IMG/VR virus record: IMGVR_UViG_3300031951_000008
Source of the DNA: a virus
Taxonomy: Duplodnaviria; Caudoviricetes
Strand: one strand, 5' to 3'
DNA length: 64,000 bases
Below the pieces are notes generated by a model that was given only the letters and a program-made list of their open reading frames with translations, did not search any database and was not told the DNA's origin. This document shows, in pieces, positions 39,490 through 48,423 of this stretch (the stretch's first letter is position 1; every line of letters starts with the position of its first letter). The translations under genes and the position numbers were made by a program.

Positions 39490-39927
39490 ATGCTCGAAAT
39501 ACTCCAAGTAATCAAAGCCCACCTAGATAAAGAAGTACCCACCTATCACTACGAAATAAGACACCTCAAAAACAGTCCCGGACGCGATCTACCAATAATA
39601 ATCATCCAACACAAACAAACACCCGGAACAAAGCGAAACTCCCCTATCCACGAACCAACAGTCGCTTTCCGAGGATCAGACATCGCCCAAATCAGCATAA
39701 CAAACCAACAAGAAATCTGCCTATACTCACAAACAGACAGATTCTCTCCCGGTAACAACTCCCGCACACTAACACTCTTGTGCAATAACTACGAAGTGAA
39801 ATACGCAACCTGGGGCACAGAAGAACATGGATACAGCACAACAATCACAATAGACCTAGAAAACCCAAACAGCCTCAATATGCTAACCCAAATAATCAAA
39901 GACGCAACCACACCAAGTCCCCAATAA
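39490..39927 (+). CDS. 'IxLxDP' family member 28
   Basis: MLEILQVIKAHL ... IDLENPNSLNML. Confidence 0.8.
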   Translation: MLEILQVIKAHLDKEVPTYHYEIRHLKNSPGRDLPIIIIQHKQTPGTKRNSPIHEPTVAFRGSDIAQISITNQQEICLYSQTDRFSPGNNSRTLTLLCNNYEVKYATWGTEEHGYSTTITIDLENPNSLNMLTQIIKDATTPSPQ

Positions 39928-39961
39928 ATCAACAAGCAAGTACGTCAAAAAAGGAATAGAA

Positions 39962-40177
39962 ATGACTAAACAATACTACATCGAAATAATCCAAGAAGAA
40001 ATAAGCGGCCATATAACCCGCAGCGAGGTAAGAAAAGCCACAACAGAAGAAATCGAAGAGGCCAAGTCAAGCTATCTAGCAGGAAAATGTAAGCACAAAC
40101 TCGTACAAGACACCACTTCTCACTTATTTGACGTTAGATCTTGTGCATTATGCGGTGCAGGCTTGGGTGCGATATAA
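39962..40177 (+). CDS. Small Cys/His protein (possible zinc ribbon)
   Basis: AAGGA RBS; 'CKH....CALC'. Confidence 0.6.
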   Translation: MTKQYYIEIIQEEISGHITRSEVRKATTEEIEEAKSSYLAGKCKHKLVQDTTSHLFDVRSCALCGAGLGAI

Positions 40178-40214
40178 CTTCCCAGCAATAAACAAAACCA
40201 ATCAATAAACAAAA

Positions 40215-40760
40215 ATGAACGATCTAATCCAAGCAATATACGAATACATAAACCAAATACTCACCAACCAAACAAAAGACAACCCACACATCAAACAAAC
40301 AATCATAACCGCAGGCCGCCCCCAACCAAGCTACATCCACTACGTCCTAACCAACCAAACACAAAAAATAAATACCCGCATAAGATTCCCAACAAACGAA
40401 ATAAGCATAAACACCTGCTACGAACAAAAAGACCTAACCTGGCAAGGAGAACACAAAGAAGGCCATCAAACATCAAAAACAATCCCAGACATAACACTCA
40501 CACTAAACGAACCAAACACACTAAACCAAATAGCAACAATCACCAAAGAAAACATCGAAATAATACAAAACCCAACAACACTCCTAGCAATAATCCTAGG
40601 CCCCCACATAGTAGGCAAACAACACTACGAAAAACAAATAAGCCACCTCACAGAAACAAGCAAAGCACTAAAACAAGAACCATACGCAACCGAAAATCGT
40701 GCGATTTCAACCGACCCTGCGACTCTCCTAAAACTAAATCCCCAGGCCCCAAGTCGCTAA
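40215..40760 (+). CDS. 'IxLxDP' family member 29
   Basis: MNDLIQAIYEYI ... LTLNEPNTLNQI. Confidence 0.8.
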   Translation: MNDLIQAIYEYINQILTNQTKDNPHIKQTIITAGRPQPSYIHYVLTNQTQKINTRIRFPTNEISINTCYEQKDLTWQGEHKEGHQTSKTIPDITLTLNEPNTLNQIATITKENIEIIQNPTTLLAIILGPHIVGKQHYEKQISHLTETSKALKQEPYATENRAISTDPATLLKLNPQAPSR

Positions 40761-40768
40761 AAACCAAC

Positions 40769-41344
40769 ATGAACGATCTGCTCCAAGCAATAAAAAACCA
40801 CATCGAACAAACACTAACCAACCAATTAAAGCACATAAACTATACAATCAAAGCAATAAGCACCTCAAAACCAAGATATATCCATTACCGCATAAATAAC
40901 GACAAGCAAAACATCTCCTGCTTCCTCTGGATATACAAAGACTTATCAATCCAAATAGAAACCATCTGCGGAGAAAAAGACCTAACACTAGAAGGCAAAG
41001 AACAAGAAGACTATATACGAGGCTATAAACTAAGCTATGAAATAACCAAAACAATCCCAAAAATAACACTCACACTAAACGAACCCCACTCACTAGACAC
41101 AATAACTGCAATCACCAAAGAAAACACCGAAATAATACAAAACCCAATAACACTCCGAGCAATAATCCTAGGACCAGAAAAAACAACCACAGAACAATAC
41201 GAAGAACAATACGAACAAATAAGCCACCTAAAAGAAACAAGCAAAGCACTAAAACGGCAACCACATATAATAAACCGGTATAGTAAACACAAAACGCTAC
41301 TTAGCTCAGCGGACAAAGTAAACTTATGCCGTGCAAATAAATAG
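40769..41344 (+). CDS. 'IxLxDP' family member 30 (recent duplicate of member 29)
   Basis: MNDLLQAIKNHI ... LTLNEPHSLDTI. Confidence 0.8.
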   Translation: MNDLLQAIKNHIEQTLTNQLKHINYTIKAISTSKPRYIHYRINNDKQNISCFLWIYKDLSIQIETICGEKDLTLEGKEQEDYIRGYKLSYEITKTIPKITLTLNEPHSLDTITAITKENTEIIQNPITLRAIILGPEKTTTEQYEEQYEQISHLKETSKALKRQPHIINRYSKHKTLLSSADKVNLCRANK

Positions 41345-41600
41345 AATTATAAATAATTAGAAACATTTCTTTGAAAACGGGCCTAGAAAGAAAGCTAAAA
41401 CAGGGCCTAAAAGAAGCTACGGAAGTAATGAAGTAGGGCCGCCGAGCCCTTTGAGCCCGGCTCCCTTAATTCCGGGCCTCACGTGACGAGAGTTCAACCG
41501 GACGCAAAGGAAGGCCCTTCCTGAGCCTGTCTTGGGCGTTATCTGACTTTTCTTTGACATTTTTATTTCCAGGGAGGAAATGTGCCTATTGGTCAGTTGA
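41345..41600. other. Strand-composition switch region; candidate replication origin
   Basis: Non-coding; AT-rich tract 41335-41372; direct repeats AAAAC(A)GGGCCTA..AAAGAA(A)GCTA at 41374-41419; several GGGCC/GGCCC motifs; A+C-rich to the left, G+T-rich to the right. Confidence 0.5.
41566..41581 (+). repeat. Dispersed 16-bp site copy 1 (TTTCCAGGGAGGAAAT)
   Basis: Exact match among 5 copies. Confidence 0.95.
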
Positions 41601-41631
41601 CCTAAGGGTTGCCCGGTGGCGTGCTTATCGC

Positions 41632-41835
41632 TTATTGGCTGCCCGGTCGGGTTGTTGCTTTGGTGCGTTCGTGTAGTTGTTGTGCTTGTTGGTCTACTTG
41701 GTTCATTCTTTGTACTACGTCTTGTAGGCTTTTGGCTTCTTGTTCGACCAGGTTTGGGTATTTTGTTGTTTTATACTGTTTTTGCCAGGCCCAGTTGTTT
41801 GTTGTTTTTCTTAGTTGTTCCCATATGGTTTTCAT
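41632..41835 (-). CDS. Small Q/T-rich hypothetical protein
   Basis: ATGA-type overlap; A/C-rich coding strand. Confidence 0.5.
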   Translation of the reverse strand: MKTIWEQLRKTTNNWAWQKQYKTTKYPNLVEQEAKSLQDVVQRMNQVDQQAQQLHERTKATTRPGSQ

Positions 41836-42037
41836 TGGTCTAACAGGTTTTCTATTATGATTGTTGGTATAATGTAGTCTATGATGTTGGGTGTTTGGCT
41901 TGGCTTGCCTTGGTTGTTGCTAGTTTTTTGTTGGTCTTTTTTCTTTGGTGGGGGTACTGATGTGGGTGCGTTTCTGGTGGTTTGTTTTGGGGTTGGTGGT
42001 GTTCCGTTGGTTCCCATGTTTTTCTCTCTGCTTCTGG

Positions 42038-42154
42038 TTATTCGTTCCACCACCATCGTTTTGTTAGTGTGAGGGTGGCTTCTATGATTGTTTGTGCGCA
42101 GTAGATGAGGGCTAGTATGATTATGATTGCTATTGGTATGATGATCGGTAGCAT
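42038..42154 (-). CDS. Putative 38-aa membrane peptide
   Basis: MLPIIIPIAIIIILALIYCAQTIIEATLTLTKRWWWNE. Confidence 0.4.
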   Translation of the reverse strand: MLPIIIPIAIIIILALIYCAQTIIEATLTLTKRWWWNE

Positions 42155-42217
42155 GAAACTGATTAGGGCTACCCATGCTCCGGCTGTTGTGTCTGGCTTC
42201 ATTCCAAGGCCTTTTTG

Positions 42218-42249
42218 ATCAAACGTAATTATTATAAATTACGTTTGAT
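42218..42249. other. Perfect 13-6-13 inverted repeat (recombinase- or operator-like)
   Basis: ATCAAACGTAATT-ATTATA-AATTACGTTTGAT, intergenic. Confidence 0.85.
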
Positions 42250-42299
42250 TCGAATTTGTTTTGCTTGTATGTGTATTCTTTGGTGATTATGAGGCTTGG

Positions 42300-42321
42300 T
42301 TTCCAGGGAGGAAATCGCGTG
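42300..42321 (+). repeat. Dispersed site copy 2 (TTTCCAGGGAGGAAATCGCGTG)
   Basis: Abuts the stop codon of the 42322-42825 gene. Confidence 0.95.
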
Positions 42322-42825
42322 CTATGTGGTGATTGTTTTTCTTGTTTCTCCGGCTAATTTCCTTTTTTCTCCGGCTAGTTGTTGTTCTTGGGTTGGGATG
42401 ATTGCTTTGAGGTCTTGCTGGACTTCGTAGTTGACGCATTCTACGGTTTGGCCGGGTTTGATTACTGTTGCGTAGTCTTTGATTGTATCTCCGTTTGTTG
42501 CGATTAGGTGTTGCTTGGTGATTGGGGTTAGTGTTGTGTAGGGTATGAATGTTATTGGGTCGAGGATTGTTGCATGGTCTTGGTAGTCTTTTGAGTAGAT
42601 TCTCCAGGTTTCTTGGTTTATTTGTATTTCTTTTTCGAATTTGTATTCTTTGCTTTTTTCTTGGATGGTCATGGGTTGTTCCTTATTCTTTGTTGATTCG
42701 ATTGGTTGACGCGGGATTGGTGTCGTCGCCATGGTCGTTACCAGTAAACTATTTTGTTTCCAGGTTGGCCATTTATCTACCGTCTTTTTTGCGGTTTGTA
42801 ACGCTTCTTGGAATTTCTTGTCCAT
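42322..42825 (-). CDS. Hypothetical protein
   Basis: A/C-rich ORF. Confidence 0.6.
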   Translation of the reverse strand: MDKKFQEALQTAKKTVDKWPTWKQNSLLVTTMATTPIPRQPIESTKNKEQPMTIQEKSKEYKFEKEIQINQETWRIYSKDYQDHATILDPITFIPYTTLTPITKQHLIATNGDTIKDYATVIKPGQTVECVNYEVQQDLKAIIPTQEQQLAGEKRKLAGETRKTITT

Positions 42826-42897
42826 CTTCTGTTGTTTATTTGTGTGTATTCTTTGGTTTGTTGTTTGTTGCCATAGGTATGTAGTGGCTGTATCTTA

Positions 42898-44592
42898 GTG
42901 ATTTTTTACTTAGGATATTCGGTGGTTATTATGGGTAAGGTTTGGGTTGAGTGTGATGTTCTTGAAGAGGGTGAACATAATTATCTTGTGGCTTTTTCAG
43001 GTGCTGCTGTACCGAGTGGTCTGAATTTGCAGAGGGCTACGCAGCAGGATCGTGGTTGTTTTTGGGCTCCTAAGTCTTCTTGCCGTCAAGATGCTATTGA
43101 GAAGATCGATAAGGGGCCTGTGTACAAGGTTGGTGATTTTGTCAAGGTGGTTGGGTCTCATGTTTGTTTTGGCATGATCCGCAAGGTTACTGAAGTTTTA
43201 AACGATGGTCATGGCCGATTCTACTACATGATTGAAGACTTTGAGCTTTCTATTCGCGAAGATTCCCTTGTGCCTGCTGCTGATGATCCTCGTTTTGTGT
43301 TAGACAACCTCAATAGGAATATGAGGGAGGCGCGGCAACGGGGTGCAGTTGCTTCGTTTCAGGTTGGTAAGGTTTTAGATGTTGGGGATTTGTTGGTTTC
43401 TCGTGATGGGCCTCATACTTTCGTTGTTCGGGATGAGAGCCAAGGTCTTTTTCTTGTGCATTTTTTGGCGAATGGTAGCTTTACTGGTTCGCCTTTTGCG
43501 ATTCAGAATACGGGTTTGGTTCAGCTCTTGGCTGTTCCGACCAATCTTCAGATTATCAGCATGCTTAAGGCCGGTGAGTGTTCTTTGAGGGAGGCTTTAT
43601 GCTTGCCTGGTCATGATTACTTGAGGTCCATGCTCGATAGTGATCGGAGTCCACCTGGACTTAGGGCGAGCAGGACTACTTTTGGGTTGATTAGTGTGTT
43701 GCCGACTATTGTTATGCAGTCTGGCAAGAGAGTTATCTCTCAGTATACGGTTGTTGATTGTTCGTTTAGTACTTTGGATAAGTTGATTGAGCTTGTTCCT
43801 GCCGCTTGTTTTCCGCTCGATGGTGTTAGCTTGTCTGACTATTCGAAGTCCGATTGTCTGGGAACGCCAGGTAGTGATAATATATCGACCGAATCGCAGA
43901 AACTGTTTGAACCAGCCGACATAATGCCCCGATCAGAACACGAGCCTTCGAAAGACTCTTTACCACAGGAACAGACTCCTGACGGCGATGATGAGCTTGC
44001 TATCTCAAGACTTCATTGTAGGCTAGCTGGTCTTGAAGCAAGGATTGATAGTTTGTCTAAGAGGATAGAACTTTTAGAGGCTTCTTCTAAGCGTAGTGCC
44101 TTTGAATCTAGTGTCAATAATACTCCTGTTGACTTGGTACGCCAATGCATCGCTAAGGGTTGTTCTTTGCAGACGATTTCAGATACCCTTTATTCTGTTT
44201 TGGGCGACTCTCGCACGCAGGACGAGGTTAGTATGGGTGTTGCTCATCCTTTCCTTGCTTCGAATCTTAAGTTGTTCTTTTCGCCTGTTAGCGTTAAGGA
44301 TTTTGGTAAGCAGTGCTTGTTTTTCGTTGAGCCCGGCCCTGATAAGGATGCTATTCCTGTGATTGGTGTTATCAAAGGGGTTGAGAATGTTATAGACATC
44401 AAGGATGGTAATTCTTTTTGTGGGACAGCTTCTAATATTAGTTATATGTCACTGAATGGTTCGTTGCCTCAGTTTATTGGTTGCTGTCGCGTTGATAAAG
44501 ATAGTCCTCCGCGTGATTTGTGTAGTCTTACGTCTCTAGGCCCGGTGCCGATGGTTCTGAATACGAGTTTAGCTCAGTTTATGGTTGAGTAA
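42898..44592 (+). CDS. Hypothetical multidomain protein (564 aa), possible KOW/SH3-like segment
   Basis: 'YKVGDFVKVV'; long ORF with G/T-ending codons. Confidence 0.7.
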   Translation: MIFYLGYSVVIMGKVWVECDVLEEGEHNYLVAFSGAAVPSGLNLQRATQQDRGCFWAPKSSCRQDAIEKIDKGPVYKVGDFVKVVGSHVCFGMIRKVTEVLNDGHGRFYYMIEDFELSIREDSLVPAADDPRFVLDNLNRNMREARQRGAVASFQVGKVLDVGDLLVSRDGPHTFVVRDESQGLFLVHFLANGSFTGSPFAIQNTGLVQLLAVPTNLQIISMLKAGECSLREALCLPGHDYLRSMLDSDRSPPGLRASRTTFGLISVLPTIVMQSGKRVISQYTVVDCSFSTLDKLIELVPAACFPLDGVSLSDYSKSDCLGTPGSDNISTESQKLFEPADIMPRSEHEPSKDSLPQEQTPDGDDELAISRLHCRLAGLEARIDSLSKRIELLEASSKRSAFESSVNNTPVDLVRQCIAKGCSLQTISDTLYSVLGDSRTQDEVSMGVAHPFLASNLKLFFSPVSVKDFGKQCLFFVEPGPDKDAIPVIGVIKGVENVIDIKDGNSFCGTASNISYMSLNGSLPQFIGCCRVDKDSPPRDLCSLTSLGPVPMVLNTSLAQFMVE

Positions 44593-44618
44593 GGTCGCTG
44601 GTTCTTTTTGGAGTTATT

Positions 44619-45005
44619 ATGAAGCCTGTTTACAAGATTTCTAGTGTTAGTATTGGTTCTGAGTCTTTGGATAATGTTGCTCTTTTCCATGCTTTTTTGC
44701 CTTACACGGATGGTTTGGTGTTTGTGGTTGATGCTGGGTCTGAGTTGTTTCGGAATTTGCAGGATTTCAATAAGCTTAGGCCTTGGATTCTTGATAGTGG
44801 TCTTTTGGATATGGCTCAGGCTGCTTTCTTTTTGAAGCGGTGTTTGGCTTGTGTTGATATTAGTTTGCTTTCGTCTGAGGCGGCTGCTGATGCTCGTGCT
44901 AATGAGGCGGCTGCTAATGATTTTGTTGTGGATTTTATTAAGCATAAGTGTGTTACGGAGTTTTCTTTGAATCATAACAAGGGGGATTTTTCTGCTATTC
45001 TTTGA
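44619..45005 (+). CDS. Hypothetical protein
   Basis: GGAG RBS. Confidence 0.7.
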   Translation: MKPVYKISSVSIGSESLDNVALFHAFLPYTDGLVFVVDAGSELFRNLQDFNKLRPWILDSGLLDMAQAAFFLKRCLACVDISLLSSEAAADARANEAAANDFVVDFIKHKCVTEFSLNHNKGDFSAIL

Positions 45006-45031
45006 GTTCGCTTTATTTGCCATATTAGGTT

Positions 45032-45220
45032 GAGGCTTTTTAGCGGGGGCCACAGCTCGGTATGAACGAGGGCTCCTTCGCAGGTCGTAGGGGATGCTTC
45101 GGACCGTACTTGATTGCGACGACGGTGATCAAGTTAGATGTCCTCTTGATGGACGTGTTCGAAAGTAGGTGCGACCGCAGGCATGCGGTTTAATCCTTCT
45201 GGCCCCCGCTAAAGGGTCTC
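45032..45220 (+). ncRNA. Putative ~190-nt multi-stem structured RNA
   Basis: 21-bp terminal stem (45032-52 with 45200-20, 3 G-U pairs); internal stems GGTCGTA/TGCGACC, ACTTGATTGC/GTGATCAAGT, ATGTCC/GGACGT, ACCGCA/TGCGGT. Confidence 0.65.
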
Positions 45221-45235
45221 ATAACACTATAATAA

Positions 45236-45257
45236 TTTCCAGGGAGGAAATCGCGTG
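45236..45257 (+). repeat. Dispersed site copy 3
   Basis: TTTCCAGGGAGGAAATCGCGTG. Confidence 0.95.
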
Positions 45258-45587
45258 CTACGTATGATGTATAGGCTTTGTTTGGTTCCGTTTGTTTGGC
45301 CCTATTATGTTCTTCGGAACCTTGTTTACTACAGGTTTGAGCATGGTGTGAGTCCTGCTTTGTTTGATGAGATGCAGGCTGAGGCCGATAGGATACAGGC
45401 TCAGGGTGGTGATGAGCGAGATAATGCGTACTTCAAGCTTGTTTTGACGAAGTGTGTATTGTCTAGGGTTGGGCTTCGTGTTGTTGATGTGGCAGAGGAC
45501 GTGGTTCCTTGGTACATTCCTCTTTCAGAGATTCAGCGTGATTATCGTCAGATGGTTGAGGTATATGGTTATAAGGTCGGCCTTTAG
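45255..45587 (+). CDS. Hypothetical protein
   Basis: GTG or nearby ATG start just after the repeated site. Confidence 0.65.
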   Translation: MLRMMYRLCLVPFVWPYYVLRNLVYYRFEHGVSPALFDEMQAEADRIQAQGGDERDNAYFKLVLTKCVLSRVGLRVVDVAEDVVPWYIPLSEIQRDYRQMVEVYGYKVGL

Positions 45588-45612
45588 CAAATCTATTGTT
45601 AAGGAGACTATT

Positions 45613-46068
45613 ATGCCACGTAAAGCAAGACGACCAGACGTTGAATTGACTACTCAGCAGGGGAATCCTGCTAATGCCATTAAGAGTGTTTATCCGCAGT
45701 TGATGGCTATTGATGATACTAATGAACTTGTGCAGTTTGCGTTACAAACTGTGGAGCCTTTGGTCGGTCATGGGATGAGCCCGGCAAATTATGCTAAGTT
45801 TGTGAAGAATCTTGAAGCGTCGTCTAAGAAGGGTGTGACGGATGTCAAGTTCTTTTTGACGAATTTTCTTCTTGCGGCAGATAATCAGTCAGTTATCAAT
45901 CCGGGTGGTCCTAGGGTTTTTAAGAACTCGATTGAGGCGATTGCGGCTTGCATTGCTGAGGATTTGTCTGATCCGTATTTGAATCAGGTTGAGGTTCTTA
46001 CGCCTCGTCAGCAGGAATTGAAGTTTCTTATTGAGTCTCATACTGATTTTATTGTTGTGTTTTCGTAA
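45613..46068 (+). CDS. Hypothetical protein (MPRKARRPDV...)
   Basis: AAGGAG RBS before ATG 45613. Confidence 0.75.
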   Translation: MPRKARRPDVELTTQQGNPANAIKSVYPQLMAIDDTNELVQFALQTVEPLVGHGMSPANYAKFVKNLEASSKKGVTDVKFFLTNFLLAADNQSVINPGGPRVFKNSIEAIAACIAEDLSDPYLNQVEVLTPRQQELKFLIESHTDFIVVFS

Positions 46069-46085
46069 TATAGGCTCGTAACGTA

Positions 46086-46107
46086 TTTCCAGGGAGGAAA
46101 TCGCGTG
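46086..46107 (+). repeat. Dispersed site copy 4
   Basis: TTTCCAGGGAGGAAATCGCGTG. Confidence 0.95.
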
Positions 46108-46114
46108 TGGGCCT

Positions 46115-46690
46115 GTGTGGTGGGTTAATATTTTGAGTTCTGAGTTTGATAATGTATGTGCTGAACGTGATAGCTTAGTTGCGTTAGCGGGCTTTATCTT
46201 GTCCGAGAGGCCTGGTTTTCGCATTTCTATTCAGAGTCAGTTGTTTGCGTGGAAAACTTTTAATTATAGTTGCATTGTTGTTAAGGCTTGCTGGTTAACT
46301 CTTCAGACAATTCCTATCAGTTGTCCGATGTGCAATCCTGAGGAGCAACAGGTTGTACCGTATGGGGAATCCGGCCTCGATAGATGGCTTTCGTTTGTTT
46401 CTACACACTTTGGTTTAGTAGCCAGCTACGGTCCGGGTGATCGTCGTACAGAGAAGAAGATGGTGTACGTCGAGCTAGCGAGTATAAATTTGTCTTCTGC
46501 TATAGCTAAGTTTATTAGTCAAAATGGCCACCGTTATACGATTAAGAAATGGTGTCCTGAAGATCCTGATTCTTTGAATTGGCTGCTTGGTAGATTGGAT
46601 GCGTGTCTTGATAGCATCCGAAGGATCGGTATTTGTAAAGAATTTGAGTTTTTGAAGGACTCGACCCCTAATCCTGCTTCACTGCTGTGA
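46115..46690 (+). CDS. Hypothetical protein; C-terminal 'CPEDPDSLNWL' faintly resembles the paralog-family motif
   Basis: CPMC motif; start uncertain. Confidence 0.55.
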   Translation: MWWVNILSSEFDNVCAERDSLVALAGFILSERPGFRISIQSQLFAWKTFNYSCIVVKACWLTLQTIPISCPMCNPEEQQVVPYGESGLDRWLSFVSTHFGLVASYGPGDRRTEKKMVYVELASINLSSAIAKFISQNGHRYTIKKWCPEDPDSLNWLLGRLDACLDSIRRIGICKEFEFLKDSTPNPASLL

Positions 46691-46729
46691 TAGCAGGTTT
46701 GGTGGTATTATATGGCGGAGACCTGGTCT

Positions 46730-47029
46730 CTATGAATTACTATTCAGCTTGATCTTGTAGTTCTGGTTGCGTATTATGGATAGTGCGTCGGCGGATAGCT
46801 TTGGTTCATACTGGTCTTGCTTGGCTGCGTTGTATAGCCATTGCATGACGTAGATGTTTACTCCGCAAAGCCTTTCATACCTAGCTATGAGTTCATGGGA
46901 TGGCGTGGCTTGGCCGTTTTCGATGTTGCTGATGTAAACGGTGGTTATCCCTAGCAGTTCAGCTAGTTTTGCCTGGGTTAGGCCTAGTGTGTGCCTAACT
47001 GATTTTGCTGCTTGTCCTATGTCTTTCAT
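46730..47029 (-). CDS. XRE-family HTH transcriptional regulator
   Basis: 'VRHTLGLTQAKLAELLGITTVYISNIENGQATPS'; start re-assigned to ATG 47029. Confidence 0.85.
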   Translation of the reverse strand: MKDIGQAAKSVRHTLGLTQAKLAELLGITTVYISNIENGQATPSHELIARYERLCGVNIYVMQWLYNAAKQDQYEPKLSADALSIIRNQNYKIKLNSNS

Positions 47030-47682
47030 TGGAGTCCTCTTGCTTTCAGGGTTAGTTGGAATTCTTGTTTGAACCATTGGGCGTAGATGTTTGTTGCGGT
47101 GTTTGCGTTGATTATTGGGACTTCGCAAATTTCGATGATTTTTCTGGGGTTGAGCATTTTATTGATGTCGGTCGAGGTTTTCATGTCTTTTTTCTCATAG
47201 AAACAGATTTTGACCTTTGTTTGGCTTTGTAGATTTTTGTATAGGTCATTGTAGTGTTGTGTGATTGATTTGCTGGTGAATGTAATTGGTTTGGTGATTA
47301 CGGTGAAGTTGTCGCCTAGTGGCTGGGTGCGTGCGTGGAGTGCTTTGATGTTGTATCGCACTTTTGATTTGTCCATGTCTGCCATGATGCAGATTTGGTA
47401 GAAGTTTTTGCCGTCGTCGCCGTAGATGAGTTTGAACCAGTCTTCGGGTTTGTTGTCGCTCCATTCTGTCATGTGGTTGGCCAGTTCTTTGGCATTGTCC
47501 ATCACGAGGATGGGGGATGCTTGTTCGTTTTCTATGGCCCAGATGGTTGCAGCTACGTTTGGTGATTTTGCCTTGGCTACGATTTCCATGGCCTTTGCGG
47601 GGTTTTTGTAGGCTTTCTTGTAGTCGAAGAGTGGGACGTAGCTGAAGAGGACCTGTGGTTGTTTGGGTGCGAGGCTTACCAT
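47026..47682 (-). CDS. Hypothetical protein
   Basis: ATGA coupling to the HTH gene; AGGAG RBS. Confidence 0.7.
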   Translation of the reverse strand: MVSLAPKQPQVLFSYVPLFDYKKAYKNPAKAMEIVAKAKSPNVAATIWAIENEQASPILVMDNAKELANHMTEWSDNKPEDWFKLIYGDDGKNFYQICIMADMDKSKVRYNIKALHARTQPLGDNFTVITKPITFTSKSITQHYNDLYKNLQSQTKVKICFYEKKDMKTSTDINKMLNPRKIIEICEVPIINANTATNIYAQWFKQEFQLTLKARGLQ

Positions 47683-47748
47683 GTTTTTGCTCCTGTTGGG
47701 GGATGGGAATTGTGTATTTTTATTTGGCAGTTTTGGGGGTTGTATGAA

Positions 47749-48423
47749 TTAGAATCTGTGTCGTCCGGTTTTTACTCTGGATTTGACCATCCATGAGGTG
47801 TTGTTGTCGGATTTGTAGCCCATTTCGAGTGTGCCGTTTGGGTCTTTGTAGACGATTCCTTCGAGCAGTGGCGTTGGGTATGGTTGGTTTACTGTTTCTA
47901 CTAGGTCCCAGAGTTGTTGGCTTTGGTCTGGTTGGTAGTATTCAGCTAGGAATACGTTGTCGGTGTAGGCGTAGCCGAGTTGGTGTTCTTTGAAGTACCA
48001 TGGTTTGGTTCTTGCTTGTAGTTGTTGGTATCGGTGGAGGTATGTGGTGCCGAGGAGGTGTTGGTCGTCTTTTACTAGGATGTCCCAGATGACGATTGTG
48101 TCTTTGATGGCTTTGTGTTTTTGGTCTAATAGACCGCCGTCGAGCATGTGGTATTTGCCGTGTTGGAGTCCTATTTGCTTGGCTGTTTCGCTGATTTGGT
48201 CGATTAGCCAGCTTGGGACTGTGTAGGCTCTGAATCTTTCTGCGTGCCTGTTCCACAATTCGATTGTTTGGTCTGGGTGGATTTTGATGATGGTGCGTGA
48301 GTCGTTGTATTTGAGTTGTGGTCTGTATCCTAGGCCGACGAAGAGGTCTGCTTGGTCTTTTGGTATGCAGTTTTTGGGCCTGGGTGGGTAGATGTATTTG
48401 CTTGGTTGGACTTTGGTGATCAT
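47749..48423 (-). CDS. ATP-dependent ligase / capping-enzyme-like nucleotidyltransferase (adenylation domain only)
   Basis: Motif I 'QLKYNDSR'; 'NRH'; 'MLDGGLL'; 'IWDIL'; 'EGIVYKD'; 'WMVKSR'; AAGGAG RBS. Confidence 0.7.
   Translation of the reverse strand: MITKVQPSKYIYPPRPKNCIPKDQADLFVGLGYRPQLKYNDSRTIIKIHPDQTIELWNRHAERFRAYTVPSWLIDQISETAKQIGLQHGKYHMLDGGLLDQKHKAIKDTIVIWDILVKDDQHLLGTTYLHRYQQLQARTKPWYFKEHQLGYAYTDNVFLAEYYQPDQSQQLWDLVETVNQPYPTPLLEGIVYKDPNGTLEMGYKSDNNTSWMVKSRVKTGRHRF

Noticed and set aside
40703-40718. AAATCGTGCGATTT as a reverse-orientation copy of the dispersed site
   Set aside because: Lacks the TTTCCAGGGAGG core and lies inside a coding region
26779-41344. Paralog array as a diversity-generating retroelement
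   Set aside because: No reverse transcriptase in the window and no near-identical TR/VR pair with adenine-restricted mismatches; divergence spans whole genes
41832-42176. 114-aa minus-strand ORF as given in the track
   Set aside because: Low-complexity product of extreme A/C skew; a 38-aa hydrophobic ORF in another frame is more plausible
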